The notes under the pieces are model-generated. The model did not search any database and was not told the DNA's origin. It saw only the letters and a program-made list of their open reading frames with translations. Of a DNA stretch of 64,000 bases, positions 40,484-53,221 are shown one piece after another. Position numbers and translations under genes: made by a program. The DNA is taken from the NCBI GenBank assembly GCA_051362555.1, contig CM120644.1, positions 14,530,534 through 14,594,533 on the forward strand. Direction: 5' to 3'. Origin of the DNA: Lingula anatina. Taxonomy: Eukaryota; Animalia; Brachiopoda. How positions within the stretch are numbered: position 1 is the first letter of the stretch; every line of letters begins with the position of its first letter.

Positions 40484-41635
40484 TTAACTATCTGACTTCA
40501 AATACAGGGAGAGCCTTTGTCATCCTTTATTTTAATAACCATTTTTATTATTAGTCAGTAATAAATCACACGGGTAGTCGCGTTGTTCATTGTAGAATAG
40601 CCGTTGCTACACTTTAAATATATGAGACATGATTAAACGCTTTTTATCACGTGTAACTCCGTAATGAGGGCGCAATATCTGCGTATCTGTTTGCGCTTTG
40701 GGTCAGTATCAATACAGCGATAAGTCCACTTCACAACGTCAACATTTGGCTAACATACGTGCTTATAGACGTGGGCTACCGACAGGTGCGTAGATAGCAA
40801 AAAACAGGTGCGTTAGTTTATGATACATCGTCTATGACCTATATTTATTATATAGCTTTCCTCTTTTGTTCTTTCGTACCAGCACTGCATTACATAACTC
40901 AGTAACAAACCCGTGGACTTTTCGCATGGCAAATGTAAGAAAGTAGACAGACAATTTCATTATAATATGTAGACCATAAGGATGCATAGATCGCTTGGTT
41001 TTGTCTCGTTGTGTTCGTTATATTTTTTGCTGAGTGGGGTGGAAGTGGGGTGAAGGTGGAAGGAGCACAGGTGTGTGTTAATTGGTTGTGCCCCCCCCCC
41101 CACCCCACCCCGCGGATCCGCCATTGTGATTCCATTAGAATATTTGAGTGGTTCAAAGTTGTCGTTCAGAGGTCGTGTATTCAACTTAAAATTAGACGTG
41201 TTTCCGTTTGCCCGATCACACATTGAATCAGCTGTCATTTATTGGTCTATCATTATACAGTATTAAACCTAGTATAAATTGCTGAGGAAAAAAAGATACT
41301 TCATATAACTATTTTCAGGATCAGCGACTAGTCAAAGAGTATAACATCTATTAATAGTATTGGTATGTTAGCTCATTCAAGTTCAAATTAGTTTCTTAGT
41401 TTCTTGGGTGTATTTGTTGATAATTAATTTGTTTGTTGATAATTAATTGGTGGTCGATACATTGTATGTGCTATAAATTATTATCAAATACATAACGTTA
41501 TAATACGAGAGGGATCGTTCTGCAGTAAAGCATCCTCTACAACGCACCACGGGCCTGTCTATTGATAGTAAAGTGAGCACGGGATATGGCGTGTATTAAT
41601 ATTCTTGCTAGTCCTTTACATTCTGATTTTCCTTA

Positions 41636-41883
41636 GGGCGCACTTCCAATGAAACTATCGTTCTATATAGATCGTTCCAACTCTGCTTGGACTCTCGATA
41701 AAAGCAATCAGATAAAGACGCCTCTTCTTGTTTCCAACGCTCTTGTTTCAGGAGGCGCTTTTCTGTAATCTACTCATCGCCACGAGGATGATTGCTAATC
41801 TGTGAGTCTGATTGCATTCAGCGAGAGTCCCCGCGTAGTTGGATCGACCCATGTGGAACGATAGTTTCATAGGGAATGAGTCC
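41636..41883. mobile_element. Harbinger-like MITE
   Basis: TTA on both sides; TIR TTCCAATGAAACTATCGTTC / GAACGATAGTTTCATAGGGAA; end fragments of this family also occur at about 24860 and 36720. Confidence 0.8.
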
Positions 41884-42729
41884 TTAGAATTATATTCTGG
41901 TTTGATGCCAGTATGCCTTGACTGTGTGAAAAATCTACCGGTATATACAATATACATTATAACAATATACATGTATTGTAGACTAATTTTTGTCCCGCTT
42001 ATCATCTGGACATATGATTTTAATTTTCCATGTTCTGTGAACAATTACAGTGCGTGATTGCTAAACAATCTGCCCATAACTATCTTCCTTATGGTGGCTT
42101 TTCCATAAACAGCCACCATCAAGCGGGTAGTGATGGGCTAATTGTTTAGCATTAGTTATATTATCATTGTTTAAATGTCACTATATGGTATTCTGATGAA
42201 AATTCATCTGTGTATAGTCTGTGGATCAAGTTATAAGATTAAACGTTTCATTTTTTAGACTTAAATAAAAGGTGTGCCTCATAGAACTTCACGTCATTTG
42301 GTGCCCTTCCTCACTGTGTATTTTGAGACCTACATTGAAGCTACTGGTAAGTGAATCGTGCTCAGACTCAAGGATCTAACGCTCTGTAAAATACAGCGTT
42401 ATTTTAGTGTAGAAAATGAAAAGATTTATTTTATAACATGGTCTCTAAATAGTGTTTGTTTTTCACGAAAAGATTCAATAGTTAAACATTCTGCATAACG
42501 TGATATATGTCTGTGTTCTATTCATCTAAATCATATTATCAGCACATTTGCGGTCGTTCCACTATAGCGACAGAAAATGTGAAACAACCACAAAATTGCG
42601 GATGGTTTTTCTCTTCGTAGAAACCCTATATATTGTAAGCAGTGCTGTCTATTGTTTTGTTGCAATACTGGTGTTGCATAATTTTATTTATATAGGTTAT
42701 ATTTATGTTATTTATATCTCTATTTTATA

Positions 42730-42760
<31 letters not shown>

Positions 42761-43050
42761 AAGAGAGAGACAAAAACAGTGAAACGCAAGTAATATTTCA
42801 AATTAACATTCAGTACCATATTTCAGTCTAGACATCGACGGATAACATGCTGGTTAATATATAAAATGAAATGATAAAAGTCATCAATTCTTAATAAGTG
42901 TTACCCATGATTAATAATAGAAAAGAAATGGCAGCCATTTTAACCAAATAGTCACACTATTTTTGAGGACTTTTGACGATTGCTTACATCAAATTTTGGT
43001 CTTTATTGTGTTTGTGTTTATTTTAGATTTGTTTTTCCTTTTCAGATAAA

Positions 43051-44952
43051 ATGCCTCGTTTTCATATCTGTAGAATTTTGAGGAGTAGAAACCTTATACC
43101 GGTCCTGGCCATAGTGACGTCATCAACTCTCATTTTGGTCTCATTGACCCATATGAGATCTCTGAAACCTTGTGATACCCCGAGAACTGTACAAGAGACA
43201 AGAGATGTATGCAAGTTGTTAGGAGAGGAAGACACAGACGAAACTGTCCACAGAAAGAGTGACATCATCGCTCTCCTTCAAAAGGCGAACGAGAAGCTCC
43301 ACCGAGCGGCACGCTCTGCAAGAGGCTCTGAAACTCTTCGAAATATTCAGGCAGTAGTTGGTTCAATATCAAACATTTTGCATAAATTGAAAAACGATGA
43401 CTTGCCACCATCACCATTTCACGCAACAAAAAAGAAAAAGACTTCTCAAAATGAAGTAGAAGTGTGCCCTGAAAAGTTTATGGATAGTTTGTACGGCTAT
43501 CCGTTCTTTTACAAAGGTTTTGTGTCCCTTAATTGTACAAACGCTAAACCCATGGAGTCATTGGTAACCATTGTTTTGTACTTCAGTCAGGGTCTACGGG
43601 CTGCCAATAATATAACAAGAATCCTGATAGAGATCCAGAAAACCTATCCCAACATCACCGTTTTAGTTCCAACGACACCAAAGTCTAAGAAAACAACGTT
43701 TAACTCAGCTGGACCTGACTTTAAAGTTTCTTATGTTGATTTTCCAGCGAAAACACCGCCAGGGAAGGTTTTGAATTCACTCATCAAAAAAGTAAAAACG
43801 CGCTACGTTCTTGTAGCACGAGATCTTACGACGTTCACGCCTAACGCGAGATTAGACAGGATGATAAGGGTGGCCGGAAGCATGGACGTCAGTGTCGTAG
43901 GGGGCGCCACTCGTACCTCCGACGGCCATTGGTCGATGTCCTGTCAACAGCTCGTGATTAGAAATTATACACTGGTTTACAGAAACGGGTACGACATATC
44001 GGAACAAGAATGCGTGTACTGTGACCATATAACTGGGCCTTTTCTCGCAAAAACGAACGCTCTTAGGGTTTTAAAATTCAGTGACGAGGTTAAAAAAGAG
44101 ACCATATTTGAAGACTTGTTTTTACGCGCAAAGCGTATTACAAAATGGCGTTCGGTAGTTTGCCCGGATTCTCTATTCCACGTTTTAGAAGAAACCCGCT
44201 TAAAACTTTTAAATGACACGTGGTTGAGATTAGCCGTTGAATGGAAACTTGATTTTATCAGATTAGCATCGGGACGGCTAATAACTATTGACTGTGTTCA
44301 CTCGAAAAACAGCTGCTCAAAGCTAAGAGGGATTGGTCTCTCGCCATGTTGTTTAAAGAGGCTTGCTAAAGCCGTAAAATTTATCATGCAAACCTGCGAG
44401 GAAGAAGGCATCATATGCGAACTGCAAGAAGGCACCTTACTTGGTGCCGTTAAATTTAACAAAGTGTTACCATGGGAAAGGGACGCCGACATCACTTTCC
44501 TTTCAGGAAACTACAGTGCATTTCAAAAGCTTAGGCCCAAATTTTCCAAAGCGGGGTACAAATTAATTGATCTCGGAAAGTTATGGTGTTGCGTTGATGG
44601 GCGGCAAGCAGGTGGAGTGTTCCAAGTCCATGTCGAAGCTTGGACGATCGAGCTATACGGGCAGCATATGATGGACTCGGAAATCCTCCTCTCAAAGGGC
44701 ATGCAACCGACTCGGGTGTTGTTTGACGGGATGTGGGTCCCAATGCCCACCAATCCGGGACTTTATGCCCGGAATCGGTATGGGCATGAATGTTATCGGC
44801 ACGCGCAGCACTGGATGGCTATGGGTAAGAAGAGTGGGTGGGAAGGGTATGACACGTCACGGTTCAGCCAATGCCCATCTCCCGGACACAGCGCGTGCCT
44901 TGACCAGTACTTAACAGACGGGAATCTTCAGTTTCAGGAACCTGTGCCTTAA
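43051..44952 (+). CDS. Fukutin-related protein (FKRP)-like / LicD-family phosphotransferase, type II Golgi membrane protein (633 aa, single coding exon)
   Basis: N-terminal signal anchor (LIPVLAIVTSSTLILVSL); FKRP-like stem domain (LNSLIKKVKTRYVLVARD, CVYCDHITGPFLAKT, VVCPDSLF); four zinc-finger Cys (DC...SC...SPCCL); LicD signature EGTLLGAVKFNKVLPWERDADI. A splice acceptor lies 5 nt upstream of the ATG. Confidence 0.88.
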   Translation: MPRFHICRILRSRNLIPVLAIVTSSTLILVSLTHMRSLKPCDTPRTVQETRDVCKLLGEEDTDETVHRKSDIIALLQKANEKLHRAARSARGSETLRNIQAVVGSISNILHKLKNDDLPPSPFHATKKKKTSQNEVEVCPEKFMDSLYGYPFFYKGFVSLNCTNAKPMESLVTIVLYFSQGLRAANNITRILIEIQKTYPNITVLVPTTPKSKKTTFNSAGPDFKVSYVDFPAKTPPGKVLNSLIKKVKTRYVLVARDLTTFTPNARLDRMIRVAGSMDVSVVGGATRTSDGHWSMSCQQLVIRNYTLVYRNGYDISEQECVYCDHITGPFLAKTNALRVLKFSDEVKKETIFEDLFLRAKRITKWRSVVCPDSLFHVLEETRLKLLNDTWLRLAVEWKLDFIRLASGRLITIDCVHSKNSCSKLRGIGLSPCCLKRLAKAVKFIMQTCEEEGIICELQEGTLLGAVKFNKVLPWERDADITFLSGNYSAFQKLRPKFSKAGYKLIDLGKLWCCVDGRQAGGVFQVHVEAWTIELYGQHMMDSEILLSKGMQPTRVLFDGMWVPMPTNPGLYARNRYGHECYRHAQHWMAMGKKSGWEGYDTSRFSQCPSPGHSACLDQYLTDGNLQFQEPVP

Positions 44953-46109
44953 ATGCTCACGCTGTCTAGTTCAGTCATATGTAATTAAACACAAGACCTC
45001 AGCTCCACTGGAATAAAATGTATATAGACACAAAACCTTCTTAAACCGTCTTCTTTTTAGATGTTTTATCATCAGACGACCAAATCAACAAAAACTAACA
45101 TCTGGGTTATCTTAGATTATTCATATTTCAGACTATAATGGGTCAGATTCGTACCGGGGTATGATTGGTCTTGCGTTTGTGGTATATGCTTTGAACACGT
45201 GTTAATGTTATACATGTAAAGTGGTGGGTTGAGGGGTGGGGGTGTTAGGGGGATCCTGACCCTACCCCCCCCCCCCCCTTGAGTTTTTAAAAATCACACT
45301 AATTTTCCCATCTTGAAATTAGAATTTGGACTGGCTGAATTATGGTTCTAAACCGTAAAAATGACACCGTTTGCCCTCCAAAACAATAATAATAGAATTC
45401 AGAGGGCTCCGTACCCCATGCTAAGGGGACAGAAGGTCAGCTTCATATCCAAGGCTTGCCATTCCTAAAACACCTTAAAACAATCCTGGATCTGCCTCTG
45501 TCATACCACCTGTAAAACGCGTCTAACCGACGAAAAAAAGGCATCGCTGCAATTGCTTGTATTATATGGAAAATGCACCAGCTTTTACAAAAACCGCCCC
45601 GGTAGGAATGCCTTTGATACCATTGTGCTATTTAACGTCATAGGTACAGCCAAACTAAATCTATCGAAGCGTTTTATGTACCTACCTCATGGATATGGCG
45701 CCTTCAGTTCCTCTGGTCAAGTGGGAAGGAATACCATTCAACGTCGGTCATATAGGTGTGCACACGTTACAAGTACTCCTGTTATGGCAACATGAAAGTA
45801 GTTTTTCAACTAACTGCTCGGTTGCAAAAGATCGATTCTGCTCCCGTTAAAAGCAAGGGCGAGGGGTCGCCCACACGACGAATATGATATCAAAAATTTA
45901 AAAAGGTGAAATTATCTTTATCTATAAAATATATAAAATGAAATACATAAATGAAATTATTTTTACCTTCATGAATAGAAATAATAAAGACAAAAAAAAC
46001 CGAATCATTCTCAATTAAAATTTTTTTTAGAAAAAACATAATACATTTTAGTGAGGCATTTGAAGCCCTTTGCGAATGCCGTATCTAATACGTGAGTAGA
46101 CCACAGATG

Positions 46110-46188
46110 ATGACGAATGCAATTTAGCGAGAAGCCCCTCGGAGTTGGGCCGATCCTGCTGGATCGATCTAGGTATGGAAAGGGGGTC
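46110..46188. mobile_element. Partial fold-back MITE end
   Basis: GCAATTTAGCGAGAAGCCCCTCGGAG...GATCCTGCTGGATCGATCTAGGTATGG matches the right arm of 8556-8811. Confidence 0.7.
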
Positions 46189-49100
46189 TTAGTTGATTTT
46201 GCACACAGGCTCTTGCGAAGTATCTCTCTTAAAGCTTGAATTACGGGCCGGGGGTTTCAAGAATGTGTCGATGATCGTATCATCCCTCGTGGCCGTATTA
46301 TATATTGACCCACTAGATCTGGAAGATAGAGCTCCGTTCGTGATGAAGTTACGCAATTTTAAGTAGATTGAGGCCATCATCAAGTCCACCTGGCTAGACG
46401 CTCGGGTTCACTTTGCTAATCAAGCATTAAACGTTACAAATATATACATATATTGTATTATTATTATTATTATTATCATCAACTTAGCTTGGCTTTTCTT
46501 GCCAGTAGTTACAGGAAGCTGAGCACTTTTCATACGTCGAGATGACCGCCGATTTGTTAGCAAAATATAACAATATTCACAGTTTCAAATCACACTTCAT
46601 TTTGTTGTCTAATTGCACGTTTATGAATACAGAGGTGCATATTTCCAAATTTTAAAAAAAATCTCAGCAAGCCATATAAATGAAACAACAAAATGACTAC
46701 CAAAAAGGTATAGAAAAGGTCAGTTAAAAGCTGGCAACGTACTTTTTCAACTGAAAAAGACCTTCAGTGTATTAAATGTGCGTATATTTTAGTAAAACGA
46801 TACGCCCAGGCGCACAGTACAGAGATTAACCGTCTATTAACCCAGCAACATATCTGTTAAAATCTAGTGAAAAATTAATCTGTGGCCATGGTAAAGGGTA
46901 CTTCCGCCATGCAAGGTCGGCCAGTGCAGGGCCTGTTCGCGTATGTTATTTGATAAAGTTAAGTGATCTTATAGATAGTGCCCCTAGCCTCCCCCCCCCC
47001 CCCCCCTTGGAACAAATTATATGAAAAGTGCACAGCGATGGTCATAACGATGACGAAAGGTTCAGATGATAGTCGATTGTACAACAACACTGCGTCTGTA
47101 CGTACAAAAAATAACAAACTTCTTGCACAGCAAGTTTACACATTCAAAGATATTTTAATTCCAACCAATTTTACAATTCTTTTCAGAGAATAAATTGATG
47201 AATTTTAATTCAAACGAAACGTGCGTTTCACGGCACTCCTACATACAGTGATCGATTTATTAGAACATTTGATTTCACACACGTTTGACAGTTTTCATTT
47301 TCTACACAAACTATAAAAACATTCTTAGGTATTCTCATCATATTCGAAAATAATAAAAAAAAAAGCTACCTGAAGGCATTAGTAGCGATGAATATTGACT
47401 GAACTGTTATATCAAAAGCAGAAGTATGGAACAGTGGCAGAGATTGACCGCTGTTCATAAGGTCTTAGAATATTTCGAAGATTAAATGTTCGACCAATAG
47501 AACTGCTTCGCTGCGCCACAGGTAAGAAAACCCATATCATTACTTTTGTTCCATGTACTGAAAAATTAACTTATTTCTAATGCAGTTACAATATAGCGCG
47601 TGTAGATTCAGAAAAATGTTTCTTTAAAAGAAACTGTAAAATCATGTATCGTAAGTAAATACTTATTCTGAGTTGGACTTTTTGTATAAGTGGATATACT
47701 CGTGGATAATATCGCCTACAAGCGGACAATAAACAGATCACAAGGAAGGCACAATATAATCAGAACTAACTTTCTTTATCCACATTAATTTTTACGACCA
47801 ACATCTATATTTACATATATACACAGACTTAGGAATTGTGAAAAGGTGTTTGTGTGTGTGTGTGTGTGTGTGTGTGGGGGGGGGGGGGGGTAACCTTGGT
47901 AGAATCAGGGGACAAATAAATGAATTTCCGTAAAGGGAACATGCACCTTCTATTGGGTCATTCACTTAACATTTCAAATAGTACAACATTGTCATAATCT
48001 TTTTTTTTCTTTTTGAAATCTTCACTTGAAGGGCAGTGAATCACACTTTTTTTTCATAAATGCTTTTTTGTGAGTCAAATACTATCTCCAACATTACCTG
48101 TGGTAAATAATAAGTAAATGTGAAACTTGACCTTATAAAATGTGAACACAGTAAAAACATAATGCATCTCATAATCATATATACCCCTTTTTAAAAATTT
48201 ACATTTACTGTTTCCAGTTTCTTTTTTACTGCTTTAAATAAAATGTATAATTGTTTTCACCTTTCTTCTGTTCTGACTAAAAAGTTACAAAATGTCTTAA
48301 GTTTCATACATCTTAGGTGATAAAGATTTTTTACAAAACGTTAAGCAATACAAATGACCTGTGTGACTTCTGGCTCATATAACCAAAGTCTTCAACAAAA
48401 GACTTGAATACAATGTTTTTTTCTGGATTAAATGCAATTATAATGAAATGGACAATGCATCTGGGAAAAAGTGGACAGGAACTTGAGATATCTTGTAGAT
48501 ATCAAATCTTATAACGAATACACAAATGTGGTAAGGCAAAGCATATATAAAATCACAATCCTAAAGATAACGAATGCACCAATTATGAGAGATCATACTG
48601 AAAGAAGTTACTTTTGCCACAAGAAAAATAGATGGCAGTTATATCAAGACAAGCTACAATAATACACCCATCTTTTGCTCCGAAATGAATATCAACTATT
48701 TTCATGCCATACAACTCCCATAGGGGTTTGAAAATCACTTTACAAAACATTTACAAGGTCCCACAAAGGAACAGTACACATACATTAAAATAATGCAAAA
48801 TGCAATTCTTGAACACTTACGTCACATTTATAACAGCATTCTCATAACAATGAACCTATACGTGTTTTAATCAACCTTTTTACACCAACATATATAGTTT
48901 AAAATGTCAATTCTTGGGACTCAAAACTGCAGAAAAAATGCTGACTTTTTCACAAAAATTAGTTTCTGTACGTCTTGTTTGACACTTATATGAAACGCTA
49001 CTTTTGACAAATGTTAAGTTCATCAGTTCATATTAATAAAATGTTTCCTGTATCCCAATTACATTACGAAAAAAATTAACTCGCTATTGTAAATCTTTGT

Positions 49101-50022
49101 TCAACTAAAATCAACTTAACCAACAGCTACTGGGCTTTCTGCTTTTAACCAAAACCTTCCAAAATTTAAAGGCATCACAACCTTTTGCTTGCTGTGAAAA
49201 ATATCTCCACTGTAAAATCACATCTTTCCTAACCTATTTCTTTGAGTAATCAAAAAGGCCTCTAATTCAGTATTTCATTCCTCACAATTTTTGAATTGGG
49301 CTTCTCTTGGCTGATGATACACAACGCCCACTAGATTATGATACACAAATCACAGTCCAGCCATTTGGGTCCACTTACAAGGCTGTCCATTAGTTTAAAT
49401 ACACTGGGTCATAGAAAGAGCACTGTGTCCATTGCCAGTTAAGCGAAAAGTCAAGCAATAAATTGCTGAGGTGTGTTTCTTTTCTTGTGGTCAAAGAAAC
49501 AAACCTGGAGTAACAGGGCTAGAGAATTTCTTGATGCCAAAAGGCAATCGTGGCTGAGAAGCTTGTCCTCCTACCTTTGGCAGTATGCAGATATTGCAGG
49601 CAATTTACTGTTGTCTACAGCACATTCCAGGGAGTTAATTTTTACCAGTGACAAATCTGAAACCAACAACTCACAGAAAGTGTATGGGTTTCAGTAGCAA
49701 TTCCCAGCAATTGTTTGCATTTTAGGTTGAGATGTTGACGCCAATCCCTGGCACTGTGCAAGTTTCAGACTCACTGACAAACTGTTAGATAACTGAAGAT
49801 GATTCTGCCCAACAGAATGAGTAAATTTATTATACTATCTGTCTACATGTGGCGAAATCTTGAAACAGACATCAGCCATGTTGTTCAGGGCATCAACACA
49901 GAACCACGCCATTTTGAAACTGTCATTCTGCCCGCCTGGTTAAAATGAATGACACCAGTTTTGCTGGCATGTGGAAATAGTCCAATGGTGTGTAAAATGG
50001 CAACAAAAGTACTTTGAGGCAT

Positions 50023-51810
50023 TTAGAAGCCTTCACTCATTGAGCTAGCTGCTTGAAGACCTTCATTATGGCGGCGCTGGCTTCTCCTGTAAGCATCAGC
50101 TCTCCTATATGGCTCGTTCTTTAAATCTAAAATTGCAAGTGATACATATATATATCCTAATCTTATAAAACATTTTTTTTGTCTAAACATACTGTGCCTT
50201 AACCACTCATGGAGGATTTATGCCTTCCTTTTTTTCCTTTAAAACAGAGGAAATTCCTATTTACAAATTCTGGTGGTTATGTTCTTCCATTTCATAAAAA
50301 AAAAAAAATAAATAAATAAATAAAATAATAATAATAATAATAATAAGATTATGAGCTTTTTTTCCTAAACAAACACCCTTGATGGATGACCAGCACTTAA
50401 GTGACCCCTTACCAAGTAAGATGTCCTCCAAAGCTCCGTGGTACACCTCGTCCTTTCCCAAAAGTTTCTTCTCTTTAATCTGCCGTCGGTTCTGTTTTTT
50501 CTTCAGCTCATCCACCACAGCAGCCTGGTTATAAAATATCATGGTTACTCAATATTACAGTTCTAGAATCTCTCATGCATTTGTGGTTTGATTTACTATG
50601 GGAGTCACTGTTCAAAGATTGAGATGAACGTGAAAATGCCAAAATTTGGGTGTTTTTGTGAAAACAGTGGCATTGAAGAGAATGAAATATTATCTACAAA
50701 TTGACATGTCTATAATAAACAAAAAATATGCAAATAAGCACGTAATTAAAGCCTAACTGCCCATTTACCCCACATAGAACGTGACTGCCTTTAAACTAGG
50801 TCACTGCTGACCATATATAGATTTGACTGACAGTACTTACATATATCGACACACACATTTGTTGTTCTCATTTTGTCTTCCATTTCAAATCAAACATAAT
50901 TCAAGATTCACATAATTTTAATAGACTCTTGTCCATTAAAAACAGCATACAAAATAAGAAGTTCAAATGCATGGCAGCTCAAAAGAGAGAACTTAGCCTA
51001 CTAAAACCTTAAGAATTTTTCATGAAACAGGCCGGTAATTTATTTGTGCCCAGTGACTGAGAAGGAAGGTGAACAGCCTGAAAAGATCACAAGAAACACA
51101 TGCTGTTTGTTCATGCCATCACGAGTGCACCTGAAATGGTCTGAATCTGCAGTCTCGGTTCAATGAGCAAGACGGTCGTAATCAATAAGTTAGACTATTT
51201 TTCGGACTGCCTTCCACTTAATTGTCTCCCTTTACCAGACAAGAGCCTAGGTTTCAAAACAAAATCCTGAACATTTATCATGGGACCCAATACCTCACCT
51301 TGACCAAACTCAGGAACCATCAGAATTGAATTAGAAAGCGCAGAATTACACTTTTCCACAGAAAAAGCTCATGTCTGCTTCATTCATTCCCTGTTTGACC
51401 ACTTTATCATTTGTGACTTGAAATTGCAGCTTCAGACCATTTTTCAGAGGCACTAGAGCATGCTGTCACACAAGAGATAAGAAAAAAGGTGCTCCGTTTA
51501 CCTCGTGGCTCTTCTTCTCCGACCTCCGCCTCTCTTTCTCCTTCTCGATCTGTTCTGGTATGGCGGTGGCTTGCTCCATTTTTTTCCTCAATTCGTTTTC
51601 ATCGTGCGCTTGCTAGAAAGTGCAAAGAGGAGAGTTGTACATTTACACAGGAGGGGGATGGACATATAAATAAGTAAATAAATAAAGAGGAGAGATGTTA
51701 GTTTACACAGGAGGGACTGGACATGTAGACAACAATGAACTGACAGTTATTGCCCAGACTGTATACAAGGACAATAAGAAGTGACAAAATTCAGTAGTGT
51801 ACTTGGTTTA

Positions 51811-51853
<43 letters not shown>

Positions 51854-52478
51854 AGCAAGTATTTTAAATATACATAACTATACGACACATTAATTAAATT
51901 TACATTACGTGATAGAAAAAGAGACCGTAGCAAAACACCAGTAGATTTAGACAAGAGTTGTCATTGCGTTTTGAACACTGGGCAGGGTTAATGCATTGAA
52001 GTCACTAAGTGCAGTTTGTCTACTTTTTTTTCAAAATCTCTGTTGTTTGACTTAAAAAGTATCTTAAATACCTTTCCAATCAGAAACCTGACCGATATTT
52101 CATCAACTATTCTGGCCACAGTCTCTTACCGAGATCTTATTCAAACAAATTTAAAGAAAATTTGGACTTACCTTGTAAGCTTTGACGAAGCGAACAAAGA
52201 TAGCAAAGAAAGTGTTGGGATCCAGAGACTTCGGACTCTCCCCAAAATACTCCACCACAGTTTGGTAGGCTTCCTGTGATATGAAATGAAAGAAATATTT
52301 GAAAAAGACATCCCTGAATCTCTCTCTATTTATTACTAGTATACCATTAGATCTTTTAAGAAAATACTAAAGCATCTCAAAAAATATTTTTTTCAGATTG
52401 ATGAACCTTCAACAAAAAATATCAGACATCAGTTTTGACAGCAAAATTGACACACAAACAGGCACTTCTCCCCCTCCT

Positions 52479-52512
<34 letters not shown>

Positions 52513-53184
52513 CAGACCCCCATTTTAACACAAAAAGGCAATTTCCAGTGAAATTGTCCACATGTTTGACTTAACAAAACATGTCCACTTGTGCAAATAA
52601 GTTTAAATATCTTAATAAGGAGAATGGACTTATTAATTGTATACATCTGCATTCCAAATCATGACTGAGCATCAAATGCATTGAAAATCAAATCACACCA
52701 GTTGCACAAAAACCTACTGCTGATATTATAATTATTTTCTACCTACCTGTGCTGTCTTGGCATCCACTTTAATCTTCCTCAGCTTATCTTGAGAAGTCTT
52801 CAGGAACTCTTCCAGAACAACTGGTGGGTAAGGCGAGTTCTTGCGCCCCTCGTACTCCCTCTTGGTCAGCTCCATGCCCTTGTCCAGCTCTTTGATGTCC
52901 AGCAGGACATTCTCCAAGGAAACTGAAGAAAAAGAGGATTTCAAAAATCAGGACAACTGCATAGGTGAAAGTTGAAAAAACTGAAAATCCTGAAAACAAA
53001 GATTGTAAATTCTCATTTTGCCCATAAAAAAAAAAAAAAAAAAAAAATCAAAATGAAGACTGAAAATCCTGAAATAAGGCATAATGCTGAAACTTTCAGC
53101 CAATTGAAAGGTCAACAGATTGTCTATGTGAAAAAGATTTCATAGTCACAGCAACCAATCCTCAGTGCATTTTGTTAAAGTTAT

Positions 53185-53221
<37 letters not shown>

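Noticed and set aside
43062-44914. Short antisense or alternative-frame ORFs within the FKRP-like CDS
   Set aside because: These are shadow ORFs expected over a long coding exon.
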